Positions 27,611 to 37,563 of a stretch of DNA of 64,000 nt are shown here, one piece after another. Under the pieces are notes generated by a model. The model was not told where the DNA came from, searched no databases, and worked only from the letters and a program-made list of their open reading frames with translations. Each line of letters starts with the position of its first letter. The first letter of the stretch is position 1. The DNA comes from an uncultured Verrucomicrobiae bacterium (lineage in GTDB: Bacteria; Chlamydiota; Chlamydiia; Chlamydiales; Rhabdochlamydiaceae): assembly GCA_963806855.1 (NCBI GenBank), contig CAWDYW010000001.1, positions 192,001 through 256,000 of the forward strand, written 5' to 3'. The translations under genes and the position numbers were made by a program.

Positions 27611-29293
27611 CTAAGGTGCGGTGGCTAAACTGTCTGGCGCCTGGTTCTTCTTTTTTCTCTTTGAGAATTGCATAAAGTCTTTGTTTTTGGGCTTAAAGTT
27701 ACTGCCAAATTTGCGAGGACCTTCTCCATCTTCTCTTTTGGCATAGGGGACGAAATCTTTCTTTGTGTTGTTAAACTTATTACCAAATTTGCGAGGACCT
27801 TCTCCATCTTCTCTTTTGGCAAAGGGGACGAAATCTCTCTTTTTATTGTTAAATTCTCTGCCGAATTTGCGAGGCTCAGTTCCGTCGCTAGGGCGATCTT
27901 CTCTTTTGGCAAAGGGAGTGAAATCTCTCTTTTTATTGTTAAATTCTCTGCCGAATTTGCGAGGCTCAGTTCCATCGCTAGGGCGATCTTCTCTTTTGGC
28001 ATAGGGAGTGAAATCTCTCTTTTTGTTGTTAAATTCTCTGCCGAATTTACGAGGACCCTCTCCTTCAGTGCTCCGTTCTTCTCTTCTGTTGTTAAATTTA
28101 TTGCCGCCAAATCTGCGCGGCTCTCTTGGTCCTCTTTGGGAGTAAGCCCCTTTTGACTTTGCAGAGGGTTCGAACCCTTCAATCGTATGAACCGTCATCG
28201 GAGAGCCCATCGTTTGATTGATTTTGGAGATCGCATGCTCCTCTTTATAGGTAGCGAAGGTAATCGCAACCCCTTTTCCTCCGGCTCGACCTGTCCGGCC
28301 AATGCGGTGGATATAATCTTCTGCTTGGAAAGGTAAGTCGATATTGATCACGTGACTCAAGGTCCTGACATCGATCCCGCGGGCGGCCACGTCAGTGGCG
28401 ACTAAAATATTGATATCGCCTCTACGGAGTCTGCCAATTGTTCTGGTCCGCTGCCGTTGACTCATATTGCCATGGAGCGCTTCGGTGACATAACCTTTAT
28501 CGTGCAATTCCTCGGCCAAGGTATCTGCGGCGTTGCGGGTGGCGATGAAGATGATTGCCTGCTCTATCTCTGTATTTGCGAGAATGTGATCTAACAGGCG
28601 CATTTTATGGCCCATCCCGTCGACATAAAAGAGACGCTGCTCGATGTTGACGTTTTCTCTTTGGGAAGGCTCAAGGAGCACTTCCTCCGGATTACGTTGC
28701 AGCTTTTTGGAGAGGCGCAAGATTTTGGTCTCGAGTGTCGCCGAAAAGAGGAGAGTCTGACGATCTTCAGGCGATTCTGCGGCGATCTTCTCAACATCTT
28801 CGATGAATCCCATATCGAGCATTCGGTCAGCTTCGTCGAGAACGAGGAATTTGAGCGAAGAGAGGTCGATCCGTCCCTGCTGCATGTGATCGAGTAGGCG
28901 TCCAGGTGTCGCGACGAGAATATCATGGGGTTTAGAAAGAGCTTTCGTCTGGACTGGATAGGGAACGCCACCATAGATACAGACCGTTTTCATCTGCAGA
29001 TATTTTGAATATTTTTCAGCCACTGCTGTGATTTGCAACGCCAATTCACGCGTCGGCGCTAAAATCAGCACCCGAGCACTTTTGCTCTTGGGCGTGTTTA
29101 GTAATGTTTGGAGAGCGGGGAGCATAAATGCTGCTGTTTTGCCGGTTCCAGTTTGGGCCGAGCATATTAGGTCTGCTCCTGCGAGCACCTTAGGGATGGC
29201 CAGGGCTTGTACGGGGGTAGGCTCCTCATAGCCTAATTCTTGAAGAGCTTTTAAGATCTTTTGATCTAAATTAAATTGGGTAAAATTTGACAC
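27611..29293 (-). CDS. DEAD-box RNA helicase (RhlE/DeaD-like) with repetitive basic tail
   Basis: Q motif, AQTGTGKT, PTRELA, DEAD, SAT, HRIGRTGR; probable GTG start at 29293. Confidence 0.95.
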   Translation of the reverse strand: MSNFTQFNLDQKILKALQELGYEEPTPVQALAIPKVLAGADLICSAQTGTGKTAAFMLPALQTLLNTPKSKSARVLILAPTRELALQITAVAEKYSKYLQMKTVCIYGGVPYPVQTKALSKPHDILVATPGRLLDHMQQGRIDLSSLKFLVLDEADRMLDMGFIEDVEKIAAESPEDRQTLLFSATLETKILRLSKKLQRNPEEVLLEPSQRENVNIEQRLFYVDGMGHKMRLLDHILANTEIEQAIIFIATRNAADTLAEELHDKGYVTEALHGNMSQRQRTRTIGRLRRGDINILVATDVAARGIDVRTLSHVINIDLPFQAEDYIHRIGRTGRAGGKGVAITFATYKEEHAISKINQTMGSPMTVHTIEGFEPSAKSKGAYSQRGPREPRRFGGNKFNNRREERSTEGEGPRKFGREFNNKKRDFTPYAKREDRPSDGTEPRKFGREFNNKKRDFTPFAKREDRPSDGTEPRKFGREFNNKKRDFVPFAKREDGEGPRKFGNKFNNTKKDFVPYAKREDGEGPRKFGSNFKPKNKDFMQFSKRKKKNQAPDSLATAP

Positions 29294-29461
29294 AGAAACA
29301 CGTCCTTTTTTTTGTTTAGAACGCCTGCAATCTAATACTATCGCCCTAAAGTTTAGATAAGCATAAAACAATTGTCTATTATTTACCAGTTTTCTTTGGA
29401 GGGAGGCAAAGTACAAATTAATTTAATTCTAAAATAATCGGAATAGTGAGATAATAAGAGC

Positions 29462-30451
29462 ATGACTATAGTAAATAATAATGGTATTTTAACTCAAGCA
29501 TTAAACAATAATCATTTTTTAAAAAGGGAAACGATTATTGCTAGGCCAGAAAAAGTGCAAGGCATATGGGATACCCTGATCAGCACGATCGCTCCACGAA
29601 ATGAGGTGACCGGCAACCGCAATATCACCTTTTTGCCTCGGAGCCTTGAAAAAATCTTAGGGGAGTTCTCCTATCGCTCATTAATCGCCAGCCATGGGGG
29701 ACTAAGTTTCAATCGAGAGAAGAAGCTGCTGGTCGAAAAGGTTAAAAATCAATTACTTCCCCATATTAGGCGAGAATTTGCCTGGGATATTCAGTTAGTC
29801 AGCGGCAAAGAGATGAATGCCATGGCACTACCTGGCGGGAAAATCGTCATTTGTGAAGGAATCATCGATCACATGGTCGATTATCTTAGGCTCCATATAG
29901 ATGAGATCCAAGTTGGATTAAGCCAGCGTAGCAAAAGCCAGCAAGCTGAAGTGCTTGGCCGGGAATTAGAGTCGATGCTAGCGGCTGTCATTGGGCACGA
30001 AATCGCCCATGCCGACATCGGCCATAGCCGCATGGCAATTCAAAGAGTCGTTCTGCTATATGTCATCCTATTCGTCGCGTTTGTCCTAACTTATTTCTTC
30101 TTGGAGAAAGCTGAGCAAGAAGACGAAAAGAAACCAATAAGGAAGGTCTCTAATGGAGCCCGTTTCATCCATGATCATCTCTTGGGTATTGGCTTTCAAC
30201 TCTATACTCTTGCCCAAACCCGCAGTAATGAGTATGAAGCTGACGCGATGGGCATGCAAGTTTACATGCATGAAGCAGGCTATGATCTCAACGGAGCAGT
30301 CCGATTGATGGACATGTTCGTCAAAAAAGATCTCTGCTATCACATGGGACTCTTCGATAGAATTACCGAGTTTTTCTCTACACATCCTCTTTCTGAAAAG
30401 AGAAAGATGCAGGCGATCGAAATCCGAGATCGCGTAAGTCGGACTTTTTAG
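29462..30451 (+). CDS. M48 family zinc metallopeptidase
   Basis: NAMALPGGKI, HEIAH, EYEAD, FSTHP. Confidence 0.9.
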   Translation: MTIVNNNGILTQALNNNHFLKRETIIARPEKVQGIWDTLISTIAPRNEVTGNRNITFLPRSLEKILGEFSYRSLIASHGGLSFNREKKLLVEKVKNQLLPHIRREFAWDIQLVSGKEMNAMALPGGKIVICEGIIDHMVDYLRLHIDEIQVGLSQRSKSQQAEVLGRELESMLAAVIGHEIAHADIGHSRMAIQRVVLLYVILFVAFVLTYFFLEKAEQEDEKKPIRKVSNGARFIHDHLLGIGFQLYTLAQTRSNEYEADAMGMQVYMHEAGYDLNGAVRLMDMFVKKDLCYHMGLFDRITEFFSTHPLSEKRKMQAIEIRDRVSRTF

Positions 30452-30520
30452 AACGCAAAGACGCCAAGACGCAAAAAAAATTATATTTCGTTGCGTCTTT
30501 GCGCCTTTGCGTCTTTGCGT
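30452..30520. repeat. small palindrome built from 8-bp units
   Basis: AACGCAAAGACGCCAAGACGCAA...TTGCGTCTTTGCGCCTTTGCGTCTTTGCGTT between convergent genes. Confidence 0.8.
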
Positions 30521-31308
30521 TGAAAATTGCCGACACTTAAATCGACTTTCTGCAATTCGAAAACCCCTTTTACAGGGTGAGTTTCTAAGAACTGTTTGAA
30601 GATTTCCAAGTCACCCGAAGTATAAAACAGGTGTTTGGGGGATTCTGTTTCCTCAACGCTCATCCTCTTTTTCACTTCTTCGGCGATACTCAAGGAGGGA
30701 TCGAGCACTCGGGTCTCGGGGTCGAGCTCCTCCTCAATCTTTTTTCGGATATGAGGGTAGTGGGTGCAGGCCAAGATCACTGTATCGACCTGTTTGCCTA
30801 AAATCGGCTTGACACACTCGCGGATTAGCTCCTGCACATCTGATTCCCCCCGTTCGATTTTTTGTTCCAACTCCGGGCATGTGAGGGGGAACAAGACACT
30901 GCCGGGCAGCTCTTTCTCGATCGCCTGTTGATAAATCCCTGAACCGATCGTCCCTTCTGTTCCCATGATGGCCATGCGCCGATTTTGGGTCATGGTTTTA
31001 AGCGCGTTGATTGTTGGCTCGACCATCCCGATCATGGGGATGGGAAAGCTTCCTGCTAACGTGGGTAGTACCCTGGTGCTCGCAGTGTGGCAGGGGATGA
31101 CGATCATTTGGACATTGTGGCTTAGGAGGAAGGCGGTGATCTGCGAGGTATAGCGGAGCAGCTGAGCGATACTCTTCTTCCCATAGGGGAAGTGGGCCGA
31201 GTCGCTAAAGTAGATGAAACTTTGGTTGGGGAGGAGGTGCTCGAGCGCTTTGAGGACACTTAGTCCTCCCACTCCAGAATCAAAAAGGGCTATTGGTCGA
31301 TGCGTCAT
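30481..31308 (-). CDS. murI: glutamate racemase
   Basis: FDSGVGGLSV, FPYG, PCHTAS, LACTHYP. Confidence 0.95.
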   Translation of the reverse strand: MTHRPIALFDSGVGGLSVLKALEHLLPNQSFIYFSDSAHFPYGKKSIAQLLRYTSQITAFLLSHNVQMIVIPCHTASTRVLPTLAGSFPIPMIGMVEPTINALKTMTQNRRMAIMGTEGTIGSGIYQQAIEKELPGSVLFPLTCPELEQKIERGESDVQELIRECVKPILGKQVDTVILACTHYPHIRKKIEEELDPETRVLDPSLSIAEEVKKRMSVEETESPKHLFYTSGDLEIFKQFLETHPVKGVFELQKVDLSVGNFQRKDAKAQRRNEI

Positions 31309-31889
31309 TCGGGTATTTTGAGTTCTTGGCCGATCATGATCGTATTGCCAGTCAAGCTATTGGTTTTTTTGAGGGCGTCGACGGTCACACTGTAATGGCG
31401 AGCAATTTTTTCGAGCGATTCGCCGGAGACCACCTTGTGGACTTGCGCAGTGCGGACAGTGGGAGTGCTAATGGCCTGAGAAATCGAGTTTAAGGTTGTT
31501 TTGAGGTTAGAGATCTCATCGAGCCTGCCGGTATGACTCTTGAGCTGAGAGTCGAGCGCGGCAATCTGGTTGCGGTATTGCTGGAGCGACTCGGTGGTTT
31601 GGCTAAGGTGGGAGCTCAAATTGTGTAGATCGATTTGGATATTGGCCAGCTGCTTTTCTAATTGGTTGATGCGCGCTTCGATGCTGCTGACCTTGATGAG
31701 TGTATTGGGCTTGATCTCGGCCACTTTTTCTTCGAGATTCTCAATATCGATTTTTGTTGCGCCGTAAGCTTGCCGCACATCTAAGAGGGCGACCCGGATC
31801 TCATCAAGGGTATCTTGATTGGATGCCGTTTGAGTTGACATCTGCGGCGCACAGCTAGCTAATAGTAAAAGCAAAATCCAATGTTTCAT
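31305..31889 (-). CDS. LysM-domain coiled-coil lipoprotein
   Basis: LLASC lipobox, coiled coil, C-terminal LysM (HKVVSGESLEKIARHY...GQELKIP). Confidence 0.88.
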   Translation of the reverse strand: MKHWILLLLLASCAPQMSTQTASNQDTLDEIRVALLDVRQAYGATKIDIENLEEKVAEIKPNTLIKVSSIEARINQLEKQLANIQIDLHNLSSHLSQTTESLQQYRNQIAALDSQLKSHTGRLDEISNLKTTLNSISQAISTPTVRTAQVHKVVSGESLEKIARHYSVTVDALKKTNSLTGNTIMIGQELKIPE

Positions 31890-32518
31890 TTTTCAAATAT
31901 CTTAAATTCTGCACGTCGATTGATTGACCAAGCATCAGGGTTATGCCCTTGAGCTTCAGGTTGTTCTTTCCCATAGGAGATCGAGTGGATTTGGTTTGGA
32001 TTCACACCCCGTTGTACGAGGAGGGTGCGGACGTAATTGGCTCGTCGTGTTCCCAGGGCCAGGTTATAGGCCTCAGAACCCCGCTCATCGCAATGGCCTC
32101 CGACGGCGACATAGGTGTTGTGGTGATTTTTGAGATAGGCGGCAGCTCGCTCGATAATCTGAAAATCTTGTGATTCGCGGAGCACATACTCATCGGTTTC
32201 AAAATGGACATTTTGGAAGATTTGAGCAAGACCTGCCATCGCTTTTTTGAACTGGTCGAGGCTGGGGATGCCACTGCCTGGAGCGCCGGGGATTTCAGTT
32301 GGCTGAGGAATCGCCGCATCGGCAAAGCGCATATGGAGATCTTGGTCTTCAAGAGACATAAATTCGCTATCGAAGCCTGAGCTCGCCATAGCCTCATCGG
32401 CATCGCCTTCATAGATTCCGCCCAATTTGTGGCTTTGAGAGCGGACGACACTGGATGAATTTGGCGCACATCCGGTGAACAGAGCTAGCAGAATGAGAAA
32501 TGTTAGAGTTAATTTCAT
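31886..32518 (-). CDS. pal: peptidoglycan-associated lipoprotein
   Basis: FTGC lipobox; OmpA-C motif GHCDERGSEAYNLALG.RRA, SYGKEQP, NRRAEF. Confidence 0.93.
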   Translation of the reverse strand: MKLTLTFLILLALFTGCAPNSSSVVRSQSHKLGGIYEGDADEAMASSGFDSEFMSLEDQDLHMRFADAAIPQPTEIPGAPGSGIPSLDQFKKAMAGLAQIFQNVHFETDEYVLRESQDFQIIERAAAYLKNHHNTYVAVGGHCDERGSEAYNLALGTRRANYVRTLLVQRGVNPNQIHSISYGKEQPEAQGHNPDAWSINRRAEFKIFEK

Positions 32519-33750
32519 TTAATCCCCCAAGTTGGGTAATGTTTTTTTCCAGGTCCTTTAGTAATTTGCACCGCTTCGGGCTGATTGAGATTAACCAGAT
32601 ACAGCTCTGTCGAATCGGGATCGGTCGAGTTAAAGACAAGATGTAAACTATCGGGGGCCCAGCAGGGGTTTTCCTTATTGCCCGGTCCTGTAGTTAGTTG
32701 TAGCTCTTGCTCCGCTTCGAAATCGTATATCCAAATTTGGCGCACACCATTTGTTTTAGCACTATAGGCTATTTTTTTTCCATCTGGTGACCAATTTGGG
32801 CAAGTGTTTTCTTTATTTTGTTTTGTTAGCAGCACCGGTTTTGCCCGCTTATTATTTGTAATTTCCGATGGAATGATGTAGATCCGCGGTGTCCCATCTT
32901 TATCTGAGACAAAAGCAATTTTTGAGCCATCCGGGCTAAAAGTAGGCGACGCTTGGGTCGATCCGGGATAAGAAAAGAGCTGTTGCGGTTTGCCGACAAG
33001 CATTCCACTGGCGTCGAGTTTTTGGATGAAGAGATCGGCCCGCCCTGTTGCATCGGAAATGAAAGCCAAAGAATCGCGCTGCCTGGAAATAGCGGGCAAT
33101 AGTTGATTGCCCCGCAGGTCGATGAGCGGTTTCCCCGTAATATTTTTCAAATTCGAAGCGTAGATTTTTGGTTGCCCATTTTTGTAATTAACGTAGAGAT
33201 AATTATGAGCGGTAGTGAAGATGGGGTGGATCGAGTAGTTGTCTTCTTGGGTCACTTGCTTGGCATTGCCACCATCCCAGTCACATTCCCAAATTTCGGC
33301 TTTATATTCATGGCTCGGCTTGAGAGAGTAGAGAATGCGGGTATCGGCTATCCCCTTGCCCCCAAAAAGGGCTTGGATAATCGCATCGGAGAGACGATGC
33401 ATTTGCCGCCTATCGGTGTGGAAATCTTCTGTCAAGGTGATCCCATCGAGTTTTTTAATCAAATTGTGCCGATGGATGATTTGGATATTCAACTTTTTCT
33501 CAGTCTGACTCAATTTTAAAACGTATCCATTTTCCGATTCTGAGATTTTAAAATATCCACTATGCCCTAAATCGAATTGCAGAACTGAAGTCAACCGAGT
33601 TAAATAAGGAGAAGCCCCCTTTTCGATCAAAAGATCAGCGAGCTTGGCCGCTGTCGCCAGTTCGACCCGTATTTCGTCAGCCCCCATTAAAGGAACCATC
33701 ATTAGACTAACTATTACAGAAAGTAATAACAAATGTATGTTCTTTTTCAT
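32515..33750 (-). CDS. tolB: Tol-Pal beta-propeller protein TolB
   Basis: PD40 repeats (PTFSPDG, PNWSPDG, PCWAPD), DWDGGN; upstream of pal. Confidence 0.92.
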   Translation of the reverse strand: MKKNIHLLLLSVIVSLMMVPLMGADEIRVELATAAKLADLLIEKGASPYLTRLTSVLQFDLGHSGYFKISESENGYVLKLSQTEKKLNIQIIHRHNLIKKLDGITLTEDFHTDRRQMHRLSDAIIQALFGGKGIADTRILYSLKPSHEYKAEIWECDWDGGNAKQVTQEDNYSIHPIFTTAHNYLYVNYKNGQPKIYASNLKNITGKPLIDLRGNQLLPAISRQRDSLAFISDATGRADLFIQKLDASGMLVGKPQQLFSYPGSTQASPTFSPDGSKIAFVSDKDGTPRIYIIPSEITNNKRAKPVLLTKQNKENTCPNWSPDGKKIAYSAKTNGVRQIWIYDFEAEQELQLTTGPGNKENPCWAPDSLHLVFNSTDPDSTELYLVNLNQPEAVQITKGPGKKHYPTWGIK

Positions 33751-34444
33751 CTTTTAGATCTCCGCTAAAAGGAGGGAAGGTCACGGTTTTCAGTTCTTGT
33801 TCTAAAAATTTCTTATTCTTTTCGCTTGCACTATGCACAACTTTCATTTTCACAAATGAGCCATCGCGCTTCAGCACCAATTCAACTTTGACCTCTCCAA
33901 TCTCAGGCAAATCGAGCGTCTCTTGCAAACGCTCGATCAGTGAGGAGACAAAAAAGCTCTCCTCTCCCGAACACTCCTCATCGATTTTCAATTGAGGAAC
34001 CCATTTTTTTGGAGCTGGCAAAATTTGTTTGGGACTATCTTTATGACTTGTTTGATCAATTTTCGCAATGCTTTCTTGCAACTGTTGCACTAAATTCGCT
34101 GGAATGACAGGACTACTCTTGACCGCAGGCGCCGCTTTTTTTGCCGGAGCAGCAGGGGCGGAAGCGACTTTTTTGGCTGTCGGTTTCGGCGGGGCTGTTC
34201 TTTGCGGTTTAGGAGCAGATTTTTGCACAGCAGGCGCAGGTTTTGGTTGGGAGGAGGGCACTGCTGCCACTTTTCTCACATCTGATTTGACCACAGCCTG
34301 CACGACGGGCTTTGGCGGGGGAGCGTGGACGACCGTGCGCACTTGCAGCGGTTTTTTATCGACCTTTTTGCTCGGCATCCAGAGCGCCGACCAGAGGACG
34401 AAGAAAAGGTGCATGGCGATTACATAATAGGCAATCCGCTTCAT
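33707..34444 (-). CDS. tolA: TolA/TonB-like energy transducer
   Basis: N-terminal TM with His, Pro/Ala/Lys linker, C-terminal domain; between tolR and tolB. Confidence 0.75.
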   Translation of the reverse strand: MKRIAYYVIAMHLFFVLWSALWMPSKKVDKKPLQVRTVVHAPPPKPVVQAVVKSDVRKVAAVPSSQPKPAPAVQKSAPKPQRTAPPKPTAKKVASAPAAPAKKAAPAVKSSPVIPANLVQQLQESIAKIDQTSHKDSPKQILPAPKKWVPQLKIDEECSGEESFFVSSLIERLQETLDLPEIGEVKVELVLKRDGSFVKMKVVHSASEKNKKFLEQELKTVTFPPFSGDLKDEKEHTFVITFCNS

Positions 34445-34854
34445 CGCGAGGGTTCCAACACAATATCGAGCTCATCATAGCCGGCCTCTTCGAGGGCATT
34501 TTTTACCATCTGATAGGTGCCGAAATGGGCTTTTCGATCTTGGAAAAGTTGTGGGGTTAATTTCGAATTTTTGGCTTTAAGCGCTTGCAGAACCGGGAAC
34601 AGATTTTCAGGCGCCACCTGCTTTTTGTTGATCCAAATCGTATTGTTCTCGTGGACATGGATCGTAAGCGAACTCATGTTGGTCGCCTCGACCTGCTCCC
34701 TCTGACCGGCCCGGGCGAGTTTGACATTGTCCACTTCGAGCATCGGCGCGATTAAGATGAACATGATCAGCACCACAAAGACCACATCGATGAGTGGAGT
34801 CAGTTCAATTCTCCCCTCTTCCACAGCATCATCAAAACGGTTTCTTTGGCGCAT
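34441..34854 (-). CDS. tolR: TolR/ExbD
   Basis: IELTPLIDVVFVVLIMFIL. Confidence 0.88.
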   Translation of the reverse strand: MRQRNRFDDAVEEGRIELTPLIDVVFVVLIMFILIAPMLEVDNVKLARAGQREQVEATNMSSLTIHVHENNTIWINKKQVAPENLFPVLQALKAKNSKLTPQLFQDRKAHFGTYQMVKNALEEAGYDELDIVLEPSR

Positions 34855-34856
34855 AT

Positions 34857-35567
34857 TTAAGGCTTTCTATATTGGAGTTCGATAGCAGTTAAAATTTTGT
34901 AGAGAAAATCTTCGGTATCCGAAGCGAGCACCCTACAGGAATTGCGGAGCCAACTCGACGAGACCAGTGCTGGAATCGCGATCAGCAGGCCGATCACCGT
35001 CGTCACGAGGGCAGTCGACAGCCCCCCGAGAATCTCGGTATTCGACGTGACACTCGCCCCCGCCTCCATTCCTGAAAAGGCGACCAAAATCCCCCAGACC
35101 GTCCCCAGCAGCCCCATGAAGGGTGCGAGCGTGACAATCATCGGCAGCACATAGATATTTTTTTCGATCCTCTTCATCTCCGAAGAGATGGTCGTAAGCA
35201 CATACGATTCGATGAGCTCCACATCGGTCCGCGTCAGATAGACATGTTCCTTGTCTTCGGCAAAATAGTGGTTTTTATTCAAAATCTCGACTGTTTTTTG
35301 CTTCACCATCTGAAACACTTGCGAAAACGGATGTGTCGCTCCCTTCTGATCGACAGTGACATTCAACAGTTGATCTTTGTTTTTTTGTAGCGCCCGATCA
35401 AAAGCATAGCAGAGTTGTTTCGCTCTCTTGACTTGCTTGATTTTAAATATCAAGACCACCCAACAGGTAATGGAAATAGCGAACAGGGCCATGAAAATAC
35501 ATTTTCCGAAAAAATCGGATTGAAAATAAGCTGAAAAGAGTGCGTGACTTGTTGCAAGTAGGATCAT
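34857..35567 (-). CDS. tolQ: TolQ/ExbB (MotA family)
   Basis: APFMGLLGTVWGI, ALVTT..GL..AIPA. Confidence 0.9.
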   Translation of the reverse strand: MILLATSHALFSAYFQSDFFGKCIFMALFAISITCWVVLIFKIKQVKRAKQLCYAFDRALQKNKDQLLNVTVDQKGATHPFSQVFQMVKQKTVEILNKNHYFAEDKEHVYLTRTDVELIESYVLTTISSEMKRIEKNIYVLPMIVTLAPFMGLLGTVWGILVAFSGMEAGASVTSNTEILGGLSTALVTTVIGLLIAIPALVSSSWLRNSCRVLASDTEDFLYKILTAIELQYRKP

Positions 35568-35779
35568 AAATGTCTTCAGTTAAGGATATCTGCTTTTATA
35601 CCCCAAATACCTCTTATCAACAAGTGGGAAACACTGTGGTACACCACAAAAAAATCAGGAGTATATTCCCGATTTTGTGCCAAAATCAGGAGTGTGATCC
35701 CGAATTTTTTGGAACTTCTCTATGAAACACCTTATTTTTTTGGGGTGCTCAAAAGAAAGAAAATCATTAGAGTGCATAG

Positions 35780-36355
35780 ATGTCGTCAGTTAAGGTGATC
35801 TGTTTTTATACCCCGAATACCCCTTATCAACAAGAGGTGATTCATCTGCATACGTCTTGCACATCGCTGAACATCCCGTTCGAAATTGAGCCGCTCGAGT
35901 CAAAAGGAAGCTGGGAAAAAAATGTGGCGATGAAGCCGGCCTTCATTTTAGAAAAGCTCAAATCCTCTGCCACCCCGCTCCTTTGGGTAGACGCCGACGC
36001 CGTGTTTCTCCAAAAGCCCGACTTCTCCCCCTTCCTGCATGCCGATTTGGCCGTCCGCTTCATGGAGATTTTTCAAGATCGGCCCGAACATGCCATCAAC
36101 GCCGCCACCATCTTCATCAATCAAACCCCTGCAGCGCACAACTTAATCGAGGCCTGGGTGCAGCGATGTGAAGAACTCGCAGACATTCCCTACGTCGACC
36201 AGATCTCCCTTTACCAAGTCCTCAAAGAGAATCAGCGCGCCAAAGTCTTGCCTTTGCCGGTCGCCTATTGTAAGATCTACGATATCGACTCCTTTTTTAT
36301 TAATGATGATCAGGTGGTCATCGAACAAAGACAAGCGTCGCGACGATACCGATGA
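35780..36355 (+). CDS. nucleotide-diphospho-sugar transferase (GT-A)
   Basis: KPAFI, LLWVDADA (DxD), INA, DQ motifs. Confidence 0.75.
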   Translation: MSSVKVICFYTPNTPYQQEVIHLHTSCTSLNIPFEIEPLESKGSWEKNVAMKPAFILEKLKSSATPLLWVDADAVFLQKPDFSPFLHADLAVRFMEIFQDRPEHAINAATIFINQTPAAHNLIEAWVQRCEELADIPYVDQISLYQVLKENQRAKVLPLPVAYCKIYDIDSFFINDDQVVIEQRQASRRYR

Positions 36356-37563
36356 GAATCATTTTTTTGCTTTTACTTTCATTCTCCATCTATGCTCAAC
36401 CGATGCGTCTTGGAATCGATCGCCTGTTCGAAGACCCTTACATCCACAACATCAAAAATAAACGGGTCGGACTCATCACCAACCACACCGGCGTCGACAG
36501 CAATCTCACTTCTAACATCAAACTCCTCAAAGGCAAAGCCCATCTCGTCGCCATCTTTTGCCCCGAACATGGGATCGATGGAGCAGCGCGCGCCGATGAA
36601 AAAATTGCCCACAGCAAAGATAGAGACGGCATCCACATCTACAGCCTCCATGGAGAGACCCGCCGCCCCACTGCCGAAATGCTCAAGGACATCGACGTGC
36701 TCGTCTACGACATCCAAGAGATCGGCTGTCGCTCCTATACCTACATTTCCACCCTCTTCTACGCCATGGAAGAGGCTGCCAAAAAGGGGATCCCCGTCGT
36801 CGTCCTTGATCGGCCCAATCCCATGGGCGGTAACGTCGTCGATGGCCCCATGCTCCAAGATAAATGGCGCTCCTTCATGGGTTACATCAACGTTCCTTAT
36901 TGCCACGGCATGACCGTCGCCGAACTGGCCAGCTACTTCAACACCGAGTACAAAATCGGCTGCAAATTGCATCTCGTCCCCATGGAAGGGTGGAGGCGCA
37001 AAATGACCTACAAAGAGACCGGCCTCGCCTGGATCCCCACCAGCCCCTACATCCCCGAGTCGGACACCCCCTTCTTCTACGCCTCGACCGGCATCCTCGG
37101 CGCCCTTGGCGTCGTCAACATCGGCATCGGCTACACTCTTCCCTTCAAAGTGATCGGCGCCCCCTGGATCGACGGCTATCACCTGGCCGAAAAACTCAAT
37201 GCACAGCAACTTCCCGGCGTCAAATTTGTCCCCTTCTACTACCAGCCCTTCTACGGCAAATTTGCCAAAGAGCAGTGCGAAGGGGTGAAAATCGTCATCA
37301 CCGATCCTCAGGCCTACCGCCCCCTCTCCGTCCAATACATGCTGATTGGCCTGCTCAAATCGCTCTACCCCACCCAATTCCAAGCCAAGCTGAATCAGAT
37401 CACCGACGCCGATAAGAGCTCCTTTTGTAAGGTCAATGGCAACTCCGACATGCTGAGCATCATCATCAAAGAGAGCTTCTTCGCCTGGAAATTGATCGGC
37501 TATGAGAAAGAGGCCCGCGCTGCCTTCATCGAAAAACGGAAGAAATATCTCCTCTATGACTAA
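36352..37563 (+). CDS. namZ: exo-beta-N-acetylmuramidase NamZ (DUF1343)
   Basis: GLITNHTG, PEHGI, YDIQEIGCRSYTY, VLDRPNP, HGMT, WIPTSP. Confidence 0.9.
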   Translation: MRIIFLLLLSFSIYAQPMRLGIDRLFEDPYIHNIKNKRVGLITNHTGVDSNLTSNIKLLKGKAHLVAIFCPEHGIDGAARADEKIAHSKDRDGIHIYSLHGETRRPTAEMLKDIDVLVYDIQEIGCRSYTYISTLFYAMEEAAKKGIPVVVLDRPNPMGGNVVDGPMLQDKWRSFMGYINVPYCHGMTVAELASYFNTEYKIGCKLHLVPMEGWRRKMTYKETGLAWIPTSPYIPESDTPFFYASTGILGALGVVNIGIGYTLPFKVIGAPWIDGYHLAEKLNAQQLPGVKFVPFYYQPFYGKFAKEQCEGVKIVITDPQAYRPLSVQYMLIGLLKSLYPTQFQAKLNQITDADKSSFCKVNGNSDMLSIIIKESFFAWKLIGYEKEARAAFIEKRKKYLLYD

